Positions 30,769-41,209 of a DNA stretch of 64,000 bases are shown here, one piece after another. The notes under the pieces are model-generated. The model saw only the letters and a list, made by a program, of their open reading frames with translations, was not told the origin of the DNA and did not search any database. Source of the stretch: Vampirovibrionales bacterium (lineage in GTDB: Bacteria; Cyanobacteriota; Vampirovibrionia; Vampirovibrionales; Vampirovibrionaceae); contig JARXAD010000002.1 of assembly GCA_029866025.1 (NCBI GenBank), positions 49,688 to 113,687 on the forward strand, in the 5' to 3' direction. The first letter of the stretch is position 1. Every line of letters begins with the position of its first letter. The position numbers and the translations under genes were made by a program.

Positions 30769-32597
30769 TGCTTCTTTCCCTTCCCCTCAGCGCCATTTAC
30801 GGTGTCTCACTCGCTCTAAACAAAACCAGCGACATCAGCTATACCTTACGCGACGCCTACCGAAACGAAACATCTGTACCTGAAAGCCGTTACATTGACT
30901 ATGCCCTGATTGGTTACTTAGGAACATTTGTTTCGGCAACCGTTATTGAGCTCGCCATTCGCATCAGTGAAGCCCTGTACTCTAATCGCGTGGTGGCCCA
31001 GCGTGCGCTTCAGTTGCACCGATTAAACGAGTGGTATCATCAGCCAGGTAGTAAACTCGCGGCTCACCCTATTGGTTCTCTGGGCAAAGTGCCTGATTTA
31101 ATTAGTCGCGTCTCTGGTTCTTTAGGAGAACGTAAAGATTTTAGAACCCTCAGTGGCGGTATTTTAGGCCCTGCGCTTCGACAAAATGCTCATCAGTTAG
31201 GTACTAACCCAACGCTAGCAGGCTTGGCCAAGCAAGCCCCGGCGTGGCTTCAATTACTACGACGTACCAACTATGCTTTGATTGGTAATGAAAATTTGAA
31301 AGAAGCGGGTAAATTTATTCAACACGATTATTTGGGCGTAATGGTTCAAGAAGACACCCATGTACCCGAGCTGTACAAAATGTTACAGCCCCATAAAGCA
31401 CCCACTGTTAATGATTTATTAACCCCCGGATTACAAAAACACTTTAGCGAAAGCTTGGGACAGTACCGCTTATTAACAAAAGAACACGCCAACCTGGTTC
31501 GCCATGCCATTGAAGAATACGAACTGACATACAAGTTTTTTGACAATATTTTGGAAGAACCCCCTAAAAAATGGGTGCTATGGGGCAACATAAAAAAAAC
31601 AGACCCAAAAAAGAACATCTACCGTGTGGTGGATAAGCTTAAAGCCACTTTAGAAGCCAACCCCAAAGCCTGGATCGAAAATCCCGGTATTGTGCTGGAT
31701 AAAACTAAAAACGACGGCATCTTCCGTAAGTTTTTTATGGACTTTTTTGAAAGCCGTGATTTTATTGACAAGAAGAAAAAAGGCGTAGAAGCCAAAGAGG
31801 TGGATTATCGACTTTTATCCGAACACCTCGACCCCAAATCGCGAGAAACCATTCAGCGTGTTTTAAAGCATGTGCAAGAGCTATTGGGTGATAAAGAACT
31901 GGGCCTTACTGCCCATGGCCGCCCTGGAGATCCTTTGCCCGACAAAGTGTTAACCCGCCTTTTTGAGCGTGTGTCTCAACGATTTGAGACGGCTGCCCCT
32001 AAGGGAACCGATTTGAGAAAATGGCTCAATACCTACTTACACGATGGCATGGTGTCTCATCAAGCAAAAAAAACCATTAGCAGCGTGTATCGCAGCCAGT
32101 TTTGGCTGACGATGGTAGCAGGCATTGCGGTTAACTTTTTTGCCTACGGCATGTTGCCCTTCATTCAAATGAATTGGGCCATTCCACTCCAGAAAAAACT
32201 ACTAGGCCAAGGCATTAACCCCAAAGATATGATGCAAGGGCCTATGTATTTGGCCCCATTGCCGGGTATTGCCGTGTACACCATATTAATGCACCAAAAA
32301 ATAAACCGTCATTTGGGTGGCTTGGGCAAGGCATTTCTATCGTTGGGCCGTGTAGCACGCCACACGGTAGCAGGTGTGTTGGGCTTGGGTATTACCGCTG
32401 CCGGTCTGGCGTGGGGCCTTAATCGCAATATTAAAAATAAGCAAGCCCAACTCAAGCAGCAGCACCCTACGTGGGGGCAAAAAGTCATTCCTACCGGTAT
32501 GCAAGAAGTACGCCTCAACCCGTATGCCTTCCAACACTTTGCTCAAACAGCTGCGGTTTCTCCTGCCAACCCTTTTGAGTCGGCTCCTCTTCAGTAA
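30768..32597 (+). CDS. Hypothetical 609-aa protein with three C-terminal TM helices (cluster member D).
   Basis: Its ATG overlaps the member C stop codon TAATG. Large soluble N-terminal region. TMs at FWLTMVAGIAVNFFAYGMLPF, LAPLPGIAVYTIL and VAGVLGLGITAAGLAWGL. Confidence 0.45.
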   Translation: MLLSLPLSAIYGVSLALNKTSDISYTLRDAYRNETSVPESRYIDYALIGYLGTFVSATVIELAIRISEALYSNRVVAQRALQLHRLNEWYHQPGSKLAAHPIGSLGKVPDLISRVSGSLGERKDFRTLSGGILGPALRQNAHQLGTNPTLAGLAKQAPAWLQLLRRTNYALIGNENLKEAGKFIQHDYLGVMVQEDTHVPELYKMLQPHKAPTVNDLLTPGLQKHFSESLGQYRLLTKEHANLVRHAIEEYELTYKFFDNILEEPPKKWVLWGNIKKTDPKKNIYRVVDKLKATLEANPKAWIENPGIVLDKTKNDGIFRKFFMDFFESRDFIDKKKKGVEAKEVDYRLLSEHLDPKSRETIQRVLKHVQELLGDKELGLTAHGRPGDPLPDKVLTRLFERVSQRFETAAPKGTDLRKWLNTYLHDGMVSHQAKKTISSVYRSQFWLTMVAGIAVNFFAYGMLPFIQMNWAIPLQKKLLGQGINPKDMMQGPMYLAPLPGIAVYTILMHQKINRHLGGLGKAFLSLGRVARHTVAGVLGLGITAAGLAWGLNRNIKNKQAQLKQQHPTWGQKVIPTGMQEVRLNPYAFQHFAQTAAVSPANPFESAPLQ

Positions 32598-32824
32598 CCA
32601 AAAACCACTCCCTTAAGCCAATTGGGGGAAGCCATTCGGTGGACGAATCCGCCACACGGGCTTGTTAAGATGCCAATAGACCGTTACCCCCCATTGGTAT
32701 TTTAAAACCCTCTGTTCTGACAGAAGTGATGGTGTAAACCCAACACACGGTGCTATTTTTTTGTCTCTATGCTTCAGTAAGCGTGTTCTCTTATTTACCT
32801 GTCTACCCTCACAAGGAACCCTAC

Positions 32825-34450
32825 ATGACTACCGCCACCCCCACTCGCCCCTCAGATGCATCGACACTGCTCCCCGTAGAGCTCTCCCCCGTCGTCCCTC
32901 TTTTGTTAGCAACCGGGCCTGTTCGGTATCAATGGTCCCCGGCACGTTTAATAGAGGCGGCCCTGACTGACCACGAAGGAACCTTAAGCAACACCGGCGC
33001 CTTAATGGTTACTACCGGCCAATACACAGGGCGTTCCCCCAACGACCGCTTTTTTGTGGATACCGCCGCCGTGCATGACACCATTGATTGGGGCACCACC
33101 AACCTGCCCACCAGCGAAACCACCTTTAATGGCGTGTATGAAAAATTTAAAGCCTTTTTAGAATCACACCCCGTGTATGTGCACGACGGTTACGCCGGTG
33201 CTGACCCCGAGTATGCTATGCCGGTGCGTTTCATCAACACCTTGGCGTCTCAAAACTTGTTTGTTCACCAAATGTTTATTCGTCCTACAACAAGCCAGCT
33301 AAAAACCTTTACGCCCGAGCTAACCGTTATTTGCTGCCCCGATCTTAAGCTAAACCCCGCTACTGATGGCGTGAACTCGGAGGCGTGCATACTGGTAAAC
33401 TTGGAACGGCGCCTCATTTTAGTGGCAGGCACAAGCTACAGCGGCGAAATGAAAAAAGCCGTGTTCACCACCCTCAATTACCTCATGCCTCAACGCGATG
33501 TGTTCCCCATGCATTGCAGCGCCAACGTAGATACCATAACCGGCGCCTCAGCCCTATTTTTTGGGTTGTCTGGCACGGGTAAAACGACGCTTTCTGCCGA
33601 TAGCAGCCGTACCCTGATTGGTGATGATGAACACGGCTGGGGGCCCAACGGCATTTATAACGTTGAGGGCGGTTGCTACGCCAAAACCATTCGCCTAAAC
33701 CCTGCCCACGAGCCGGAAATTTATGGAGCCATACGGTTTGGCGCCTTGGTGGAAAACGTGGTGATGGACACTGCCACCCGCACGCCTGATTACGATGATG
33801 CCACCCTGACAGAGAATGGTCGGGTAGCCTACCCTATTGATTACATTCCCAACGCCAGTGAGAGTGGTATGGCGGGCCACCCTACCACCGTGATTTTTTT
33901 AACGGCGGATGCTTTTGGGGTGATGCCTCCCATTGCCAAACTGACCCCACAGCAAGCCCAGTACCACTTTATGAGCGGCTACACCAGCAAGCTGGCCGGT
34001 ACAGAACGTGGCATTACCGAGCCCAAAGCCGTGTTTAGCAGCTGTTTTGGGGCCCCCTTTATGCCACGCCCTTCCGCCGTGTATGCCAAATTGCTGCACG
34101 ATCGCTTGGAGCAGCACCAAGCCACTGTGTACCTAATTAACACGGGCTGGCAGGGTGGTGGTTACGGCAAAGGCGGCGAGCGCATTAGTATTCCCCACAC
34201 ACGGGCCATGGTGAATGCGGCTTTGAGTGGCGAGTTGAATGCCATGCCCTATGAAACCTTGCCAGGCTTGAATTTATCCATACCTACCCAGTGCCCCGGT
34301 GTGCCCAGTGAAATTTTAAACCCCCGCGCCCAGTGGCCGGATAAAGCGGCTTATGACGCTGCTGCCAAACACTTGGCCACCCTGTTTGTGGAGAACTTTA
34401 AACAGTTTACAGATGCCGAAGAATTGGCAGCCGTTGGCCCACACATTTAA
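32825..34450 (+). CDS. pckA: Phosphoenolpyruvate carboxykinase (ATP).
   Basis: Kinase-1a loop GLSGTGKTTLS, plus the conserved motifs NTGW..GG and RFGALVENV. The start is taken at Met26 of the track ORF. Confidence 0.9.
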   Translation: MTTATPTRPSDASTLLPVELSPVVPLLLATGPVRYQWSPARLIEAALTDHEGTLSNTGALMVTTGQYTGRSPNDRFFVDTAAVHDTIDWGTTNLPTSETTFNGVYEKFKAFLESHPVYVHDGYAGADPEYAMPVRFINTLASQNLFVHQMFIRPTTSQLKTFTPELTVICCPDLKLNPATDGVNSEACILVNLERRLILVAGTSYSGEMKKAVFTTLNYLMPQRDVFPMHCSANVDTITGASALFFGLSGTGKTTLSADSSRTLIGDDEHGWGPNGIYNVEGGCYAKTIRLNPAHEPEIYGAIRFGALVENVVMDTATRTPDYDDATLTENGRVAYPIDYIPNASESGMAGHPTTVIFLTADAFGVMPPIAKLTPQQAQYHFMSGYTSKLAGTERGITEPKAVFSSCFGAPFMPRPSAVYAKLLHDRLEQHQATVYLINTGWQGGGYGKGGERISIPHTRAMVNAALSGELNAMPYETLPGLNLSIPTQCPGVPSEILNPRAQWPDKAAYDAAAKHLATLFVENFKQFTDAEELAAVGPHI

Positions 34451-34602
34451 CGGGCTTCCTCCCCTATTAAAAACCCCTTTGCCCCGATTGTAACGCTTTG
34501 GTTACAGGCGGGGTTTTGGGTAGCAATTCGTTGTCTTTACAAGGCTTTATGTAAGGGTAAACACGTTTTTTTCCCCTTGCGCTCACTTGAAAGGTTATTT
34601 CC

Positions 34603-35046
34603 ATGTCCGTTGCCTTTGGTCACACTGCCCCCCCCCACGCGTTAGCCCCAAAATTTGGCGCTTTGCTTCTTGCTGCTTCAAACCCAACGCTAAATCAAAA
34701 AGCTGTTAAAGGTCAGCAGTTTGAATTTGATGAGTTAGAAACACACTTGGCTAACGTGCCAAAGACGGATAGTTTTATAGTTGAGTGCGGCAACGACCGC
34801 AATCCCAATAATTACCGGATTCATATTTATTCATTCCCACTAAAACACCTTGAGAAGAAAGAGGGTTCCGAAGCAATTACTAAAAAGTTTCCACCGTCTG
34901 TTTGGTACAATTGGCAAAAGACGGTGATTGTACCCGCAGCAGAATTACTGACAAAGAAAACCAAAGACGCACTTACTGCAATTTTAACCAAAATGGCTAG
35001 CTTGCAATACACGGTTGATGACCTTGATGAAATCACATTAACCTAA
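34603..35046 (+). CDS. Hypothetical 147-aa protein, AT-rich, with a C9 tract in codons 9-12.
   Basis: ORF only; no motif recognised. Confidence 0.35.
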   Translation: MSVAFGHTAPPHALAPKFGALLLAASNPTLNQKAVKGQQFEFDELETHLANVPKTDSFIVECGNDRNPNNYRIHIYSFPLKHLEKKEGSEAITKKFPPSVWYNWQKTVIVPAAELLTKKTKDALTAILTKMASLQYTVDDLDEITLT

Positions 35047-36353
35047 GGATAAAGCCCCCGCAGAGTTTTGGCCTGGGCCACACGCCCTACCCCCAACATC
35101 ATAGCGGCGGTGCGCAGGTCTACTTGTTTTTCTAGGTGGAGGGCGTACACGTCGTCAAAGGCCTTGGCCATCAAGGTATCCAGCTTTTGCACGATTTCGC
35201 CTTCAGCCCAAAACAGGCGCTGAATATCCTGCACCCACTCAAAGTAACTCACTACCACGCCCCCGGCGTTGCACAAAATACCGGGAATAATGGCCACGCC
35301 CTTGCTTTGCAAAATGGCGTCGGCATCGGGGGTGACGGGGCCGTTGGCACCTTCTGCCACCAGTTTGGCCTTCACACGCGGGGCGTTTTCGGCGGTAATC
35401 ACATTGGCCACAGCCGCAGGTACCAATACATCCACGGGCAGTTCAAAAATATCGCTGGCATCCATGCGCTCGGCATGAGGGTACCCCACAATGCTGCCAT
35501 TGGCCTTTACGTAGCTGAGTAAATCCGGCACGTTAATGCCGCCTTCCGCATGGATGGCGCCCCGAACATCACTAATGGCCACAATTTTATAACCCGCTTG
35601 GTGCAAATACTTGGCCGAGACACTGCCCACATTGCCAAACCCTTGAATGGCCACCGTGGGGGTTTCTAGCTCGGGGTGAAGGCGTTCCATGGCGCGCTTA
35701 ATGGTAAAAGCCACACCACGGCCTGTGGCTTCCACGCGGCCTTCCGTACCTCCCACCACCACGGGTTTGCCCGTAACCACACCCGGCACAGCATGGCCCA
35801 CAAAATTGCTGTAGGTATCCATAATCCACGCCATGGTTTGCTCGTTAGTGTACATATCCGGCGCTGGAATATCTTTTTCGGGACCAATAAAGGGCAAAAT
35901 TTCGGTGGTGTAACGGCGGGCAATGCGTTCTTGCTCGCCAATACTCATTTCCTCAGGGAAGCAACACACGCCACCCTTAGCGCCGCCATACGGCAAATTC
36001 AGGAGCGAACATTTCCACGTCATCCACATGGCCAAGGCCGCCACTTCCCCCAGAGAAACCTCATGATGGAAGCGAATGCCGCCTTTGCACGGGCCTAAGG
36101 TTTGGTCGTGCTGCACTCGATAGCCGGGAAACACCTTCACCGTACCGTTATCCAGCCGGATGGGCACCGACACAATAATGGATTTACGGGGCCAGCGTAG
36201 GCGTTCATGCACACCGGCATCCAAATTCATCAGTTTGGCCACATCGTCCAGTTGGCGTTGCGCCATGCGGTACGTGTCGTTGAGGTAATATTCTTGAGTA
36301 TCCAACACAGGGGTGTCTCCAGTAGCCTTGAATGAAGTGATTGATATCGCCAT
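35043..36353 (-). CDS. gdhA: Glutamate dehydrogenase (GdhA-type, 436 aa).
   Basis: GGAKGG, the active-site Lys region and the Rossmann GFGNVGS motif. Confidence 0.9.
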   Translation of the reverse strand: MAISITSFKATGDTPVLDTQEYYLNDTYRMAQRQLDDVAKLMNLDAGVHERLRWPRKSIIVSVPIRLDNGTVKVFPGYRVQHDQTLGPCKGGIRFHHEVSLGEVAALAMWMTWKCSLLNLPYGGAKGGVCCFPEEMSIGEQERIARRYTTEILPFIGPEKDIPAPDMYTNEQTMAWIMDTYSNFVGHAVPGVVTGKPVVVGGTEGRVEATGRGVAFTIKRAMERLHPELETPTVAIQGFGNVGSVSAKYLHQAGYKIVAISDVRGAIHAEGGINVPDLLSYVKANGSIVGYPHAERMDASDIFELPVDVLVPAAVANVITAENAPRVKAKLVAEGANGPVTPDADAILQSKGVAIIPGILCNAGGVVVSYFEWVQDIQRLFWAEGEIVQKLDTLMAKAFDDVYALHLEKQVDLRTAAMMLGVGRVAQAKTLRGLYP

Positions 36354-36408
36354 TCTACAGCGAACAGAAGCCCCTCACTGAAACCCACCGTTAGAAAAGA
36401 CCACCCCC

Positions 36409-36708
36409 ATGCGATTGGATAAATTTCTTAAAGTCACCCGCCTCATTAAGCGTCGCACCATTGCCAACGCCCTGTGCGATTGCGGCGGCGTGGTGTTGGA
36501 CAACAAAATTGCCAAAGCCAGCACCGAGGTAAAAACCGGCCAAAAAATTACCTTGCTGTTTGGCAACCGAACCATTACGGCCACCGTGATAGGCGTGCCC
36601 AGCGCCACCCAAAAAATAATGGCCATTGATGCCATGATTGCCGATGTGGTGACCACCCCCGTGCCTCGCAATACCCCACAGGCCCAACATCCATCGGATG
36701 ACGAATAA
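36409..36708 (+). CDS. S4 RNA-binding domain protein (Hsp15/RqcP-like).
   Basis: MRLDKFLKVTRLIKRRTIANAL...VLDNKIAKAS is an S4 fold signature. Overlapping minus-strand ORFs are treated as spurious. Confidence 0.6.
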   Translation: MRLDKFLKVTRLIKRRTIANALCDCGGVVLDNKIAKASTEVKTGQKITLLFGNRTITATVIGVPSATQKIMAIDAMIADVVTTPVPRNTPQAQHPSDDE

Positions 36709-37005
36709 TTATTTGGCTTGAGGGGCCGTTCCCTCCCGCTCAAACGCCCCCTCCCTTTTTTCTTAAAGGGCTTCGCCCTTTAGAGAATCCCAAAAAATCA
36801 CTGCTTTGGTTGATTAGGGAGGCTTCTATAAAACCCAGCTTGCTGGGAGGGGGGTGTCTTGGGTACAATAAACCCCCGTGCAACCCCTGTGTTTATTGCG
36901 GTGTCGATTCGTCGCCATCCTAAGCCAAACCCAGTGGCTGCACGGTTTTTTGTTTTTTGGCTTTTTTCCTGTTTACCCCCATACCTTTGTTGATGGAAGG
37001 CTTCT

Positions 37006-38370
37006 ATGCTCATGACCCCCGCTCAAACTTCTACTGCGTCTGTTCCTTCCATACAAGAGATTTTGGCCCAAGCCAAAGCCGCCAACGTTAAGCTGGTGCG
37101 CCTGCAATTTGTGGATATCCACGGCCTGCCCAAAAACATGTCCATTCACGTGGATCAATTTGAAAAAGCCCTCAACAACGAGCACATGCTGGATGGCTCG
37201 TCCATTGCCGGTTTTAGAAGCATTGAAACCAGCGACATGTATTTCTTCCCAGACCGTAGCACCTTTAGTGTGTTGCCTTGGACGGTGGATGGCCGTGCCG
37301 TGGCCCGTATTATTTGCGATATTTACAACCCCGATGGCACCCCCTTTGAAGGCTGTCCCCGCAACAACCTAAAACGTGTGCTGGCAGAAGTGCGTGAGAA
37401 AGGCTACATCTTTAACGTGGGCCCCGAGCTGGAATTCTTTTTATTTGAGCGCAACGCCGATGGCACCCCCAGCACCCGCACCCACGATACCGCTGGTTAT
37501 TACGACTTAGGCCCTGATGACAAAGGTGAAGATGTTCGCGGCTGCATTGTGGACAGCTTGGAACAGCTGGGCTTTGAAATGGAAGCCGATCACCACGAAG
37601 TGGCCCAAGGACAGCACGAAATTGACTTTAAATACGCCGATGCCTTGCTACAAGCCGACAACGTAACCACCGTAAAAATCGTCACCCGTAAAATTGCCTC
37701 TGAGTATGGGTTGCATGCCAGCTTTATGCCCAAACCTGTTTACGGTGTGAATGGTTCAGGCATGCACTGCAACCAATCGTTGGGGCGCCTAGCGGGCGGC
37801 AACGCCTTTGCCGATGAAAACGGTGACTATGGCCTAAGCCAAGAAGCACACTGGTTTATTGGTGGCATGCTGGCCCACGTGCGTGGCATTACTGCCATTA
37901 CCAACCCCTTGGTAAACAGCTACAAGCGCTTGGTACCTGGTTATGAGGCCCCCGTGTACGTGGCATGGAGTGCCGCCAACCGCAGCGCCCTATTGCGTGT
38001 GCCTGCCAAGCGCGGCAACGCCACCCGCGTGGAATTGCGCTCGCCGGATCCTGCGGCTAACCCCTATTTGGCCTTTGCCGCCTTGGTTACGGCTGGCTTG
38101 GATGGCATTGAGAAGAAAATGGACCCTGCCAGCCCTGTGACCAGCAACATCTACCGCCTAAGTGAACTGGAGCGGGAAGAGATGAACGTACCCAGCTTGC
38201 CCGGTAGCTTGTATGAAGCCTTGGAAGAGATGAAAAACAGCACCGTGGCCAAAAAAGCCTTGGGTGAGCACATCTTTAACGAGTTCATCAAAGCCAAAAC
38301 CCGCGAGTGGGATCAGTTCCGTACCTGCGTGACCCCGTGGGAACTGGAAGCCTACATGGGCAAATTCTAG
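37006..38370 (+). CDS. glnA: Glutamine synthetase, type I.
   Basis: FDGSS, GPEPEFF-like, NPYLAF and the adenylylation-region motifs. 454 aa. Confidence 0.9.
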   Translation: MLMTPAQTSTASVPSIQEILAQAKAANVKLVRLQFVDIHGLPKNMSIHVDQFEKALNNEHMLDGSSIAGFRSIETSDMYFFPDRSTFSVLPWTVDGRAVARIICDIYNPDGTPFEGCPRNNLKRVLAEVREKGYIFNVGPELEFFLFERNADGTPSTRTHDTAGYYDLGPDDKGEDVRGCIVDSLEQLGFEMEADHHEVAQGQHEIDFKYADALLQADNVTTVKIVTRKIASEYGLHASFMPKPVYGVNGSGMHCNQSLGRLAGGNAFADENGDYGLSQEAHWFIGGMLAHVRGITAITNPLVNSYKRLVPGYEAPVYVAWSAANRSALLRVPAKRGNATRVELRSPDPAANPYLAFAALVTAGLDGIEKKMDPASPVTSNIYRLSELEREEMNVPSLPGSLYEALEEMKNSTVAKKALGEHIFNEFIKAKTREWDQFRTCVTPWELEAYMGKF

Positions 38371-38511
38371 CCGCCACAGCGGCTTATACATTTTGCCGTT
38401 GGTTGCATAATAACTAGGGGCTTTTTGTTTTGCCCTGATTATCAACACTCATTGCCCTGTGGTTTAATGGGGGAGAAAAAACAAATCATTCCCAAATGGA
38501 CTTTTTAATCA

Positions 38512-39237
38512 ATGACAACAGTGACCCTTCACCACCAAGTGGAACATTTTTTTAGCCAAGGCTCGGCTGGCTACGATGCCGAAATCCTCCAAATTGTCCC
38601 CCTTTACCCCCAACTGTTTGAAGAGCTCCTCGAGTCCTGCACCTTCCCCACCAGCAGCTTGGATAAAGAGGCTCCGCTAAATATTCTTGAGCTGGGCTGT
38701 GGGACGGGCAATTTATCATTGCTCCTCAGCCAAGTCTATCCCAACGCCCAGTTAACCGTGGTGGATGCCAGCGCCGAGATGGTGGCCTTAGCCGAGGCTA
38801 AGATCAGCCAGCCACAACGAGTTACGCCCGTGGTGTCGGATTTTCGCATGTTATCTATTGCGCCCAACTCGGTGGATTTGGTTATTTCCAGCCTCGCCTT
38901 GCATCACTTACCTGACGAAGACAAGCCGGGCTTTTATCAACAAATGCTCGGTTGGCTCAAGCCCGGCGGTCTCTTCCGCTGCGCGGATCAAGCCATTCTC
39001 AACCCTCGCACCGAAGGACTGGACTACCAACTGCAACGCTGGGAAACCAAAGCCTTGGCCAACGGTGCCGACCCCGCCGTACTGGCCCACTGGAAAACCC
39101 ACCTCCTCACCCAAGATCACTACGCTACCGTTCCTGAACACCTCTCTTGGCTGAGTGACGCTGGGTTTACAGACATCGACTGCTACTGGCGTGTCGCCTT
39201 TTGGGCCGTCTTCGGCGGGGCCAAAGGCCCTTATTAA
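38512..39237 (+). CDS. Class I SAM-dependent methyltransferase.
   Basis: Motif I ILELGCGTGNLSLLL and acidic motif II VVDASAEMV. Confidence 0.7.
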   Translation: MTTVTLHHQVEHFFSQGSAGYDAEILQIVPLYPQLFEELLESCTFPTSSLDKEAPLNILELGCGTGNLSLLLSQVYPNAQLTVVDASAEMVALAEAKISQPQRVTPVVSDFRMLSIAPNSVDLVISSLALHHLPDEDKPGFYQQMLGWLKPGGLFRCADQAILNPRTEGLDYQLQRWETKALANGADPAVLAHWKTHLLTQDHYATVPEHLSWLSDAGFTDIDCYWRVAFWAVFGGAKGPY

Positions 39238-39342
39238 ATTGGAGGTCCTTGTATTCATCCAAGCCTGTACAGGGTTAAGAAGCAAAGCCCCTAGCAAGCT
39301 GGGTCTATAAAATTAGCACATTGCGCAACCCTCAAACACTTC

Positions 39343-39963
39343 TCAGGACTCTAACAACGCTTCTACTTGAGCTGCTAGCACGTCTAAGGTGTCGCTATTC
39401 ACGATGATAGCGTCGTGTTCATTACGCCACTCGCTGTTGAGTAAGGCCACCTTATCTTCAATGGGGGTTTGGCTAGCAATACGTACTTCTGCCTCGGCTT
39501 CCGATAATCCCCGGTTGCCCATGAGCCTTGCCAGCTGATGCTGTGGCGTGGTGGCCACCAGCCACACCCCATCATAGCCTTCTCGAATAACAGTGAGGGG
39601 ATACACCTCAAACAGCAGGGGAATGGAGGCCACTACCAGCGGAGCCTCTGAATGGGCTTGAAAAAAGGCTTCCGTTTGGCGCTTTACCCGCGGATGAATG
39701 TAATCGGTGAGTAGCGTTCGCTTGGCGGCATCCCCAAACACAAGAGCCCCCAAGGCTTTACGATTGACCGTAGCGGTGGGGTCGTTGTCTTCAAAGACAC
39801 TAGCCCCAAAATGCTGGTGCACATGGGCTTTTAGCTCCGGGGTTTCGTACAAGGCGTGGGTCAGGGCGTCGCTATCCACCACCGGCACGCCGTGGCGCTG
39901 CAAGATGGCTTCTACCGTGGATTTTCCGGAGGCGATGCCACCCGTCAGTGCGATGCGTTTCAT
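39343..39963 (-). CDS. coaE: Dephospho-CoA kinase.
   Basis: MKRIALTGGIASGKSTV P-loop at the N-terminus. About 200 aa. Confidence 0.85.
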   Translation of the reverse strand: MKRIALTGGIASGKSTVEAILQRHGVPVVDSDALTHALYETPELKAHVHQHFGASVFEDNDPTATVNRKALGALVFGDAAKRTLLTDYIHPRVKRQTEAFFQAHSEAPLVVASIPLLFEVYPLTVIREGYDGVWLVATTPQHQLARLMGNRGLSEAEAEVRIASQTPIEDKVALLNSEWRNEHDAIIVNSDTLDVLAAQVEALLES

Positions 39964-40009
39964 GGCTATCTCTCAAAACTAACCGATGCCATCCCAGTGT
40001 AGCGCAAGG

Positions 40010-41086
40010 TTACGCGACATGAGTTTCCTTCAGCCGATGGCCTTTATTTTTGTAGGCTTCATAAGTTGCGGGGTCAGGAAAGGCAAAATCATACAGGTTG
40101 AGACTTTTAAATTCTTTTTGGGCCTGTTTTTGGGTCTGCTTTTTGTTTTTTGTTGTTTGGTCTAAGTGTTTGATGACACGGGCCACATACTGGCCAAAGG
40201 CCTTGGGCGCCGTAAAAGAATTACCCCTTACCTGAAAGCGCTTACCAATGGCTTTTTTGTTCAAGGGTGTGCAGTAATAGTCAATTTTGCCATCAGGGTT
40301 CGGCCCAAAATCCAGTCCTGTTTTTCCATCTTCCTCAATAACGGTGGCCTCTAGGAGGTCATTGGTAAACATATCCACATAGTTATCATGGTTTTGTTGT
40401 TTTTTTTGACAGGTCTCAGCAATACCAATCGCTTTTGGGTGAGTTAGGTAAGTACTGACTGATCCCTCTACATTATTGTTCGCAAAAAAACAGGGCCACC
40501 GTTTAAGCTTCTCTATCTGTTGGGCTACTTTATTAAGCAAATGTTTAGTCTCCCATGTTCTCCAAACCGGATGTTTCAATTCAGTCAATGAGACCATACT
40601 AGCAACACTACAAACCACGCCTACAGCCCCGGTGGAGGATGTGCCATATGCCTTCATGGCGGCTGCTTGGGCTAGCCCGTAACAAACAGAAGTTTTTCTA
40701 TCAATCTCTTCTTGAAAGCTCTCGAAAGGGGTTAGTTGAAGACCAGCAGGGTTAACGCCTTGTTGCCACAAGCCGTAGGCCACACTGGCGGCTACCAACG
40801 TGCCATGGGTAAAAACCCTATATACGGTTTCTTCCTTATCCGTGCAGGTAATATTCCCAAGCTTTTCTGAATTATCCGTCCGAAAGGTGTCCCAAACGGC
40901 TGCTTGCAAAGATATAGGCGATTGAACCCACGGCTTACCTGTATGAGGGCACACGCCATTGACAGGCGCAGGGCGGCCCATAACCTCTTCAGCATTGGGC
41001 ATGGCATGCTCACCGGGTTGCAACGTTGGCCCTGTGCCGGTTTTATATTTAAAACTGGTTGTAAATGGAAAGGCCAAACGCAGCAT
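40010..41086 (-). CDS. Divergent subtilisin-like (S8) protein, paralog of the ORF at 5607..6464, no signal peptide.
   Basis: AAVWDTF (Asp-like), VFTHGTLVAASVAYG (His motif HGT) and RGNSFTAPKAFGQYVARVIKH (Ser motif GxSxxxP..G), in D-H-S order. GC is about 45%. Confidence 0.4.
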   Translation of the reverse strand: MLRLAFPFTTSFKYKTGTGPTLQPGEHAMPNAEEVMGRPAPVNGVCPHTGKPWVQSPISLQAAVWDTFRTDNSEKLGNITCTDKEETVYRVFTHGTLVAASVAYGLWQQGVNPAGLQLTPFESFQEEIDRKTSVCYGLAQAAAMKAYGTSSTGAVGVVCSVASMVSLTELKHPVWRTWETKHLLNKVAQQIEKLKRWPCFFANNNVEGSVSTYLTHPKAIGIAETCQKKQQNHDNYVDMFTNDLLEATVIEEDGKTGLDFGPNPDGKIDYYCTPLNKKAIGKRFQVRGNSFTAPKAFGQYVARVIKHLDQTTKNKKQTQKQAQKEFKSLNLYDFAFPDPATYEAYKNKGHRLKETHVA

Positions 41087-41209
41087 GGAACAACTCTCTT
41101 AAAGCTCTGGAAGGATCGTATGGAGGCATTAACACCCGTGAAGCTTAAAGGCTGCGGTACAATGGCGTTAAACCCACGGTTTGTTACAGCGTTGTTACCT
41201 TAAAGGTTA

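Noticed and set aside
36375-36743. Minus-strand ORFs (122 and 99 aa) opposite the S4-domain gene
   Set aside because: The plus-strand ORF has a clear S4 RNA-binding signature. The antisense ORFs are G/H-rich translation artefacts of GC-rich DNA.
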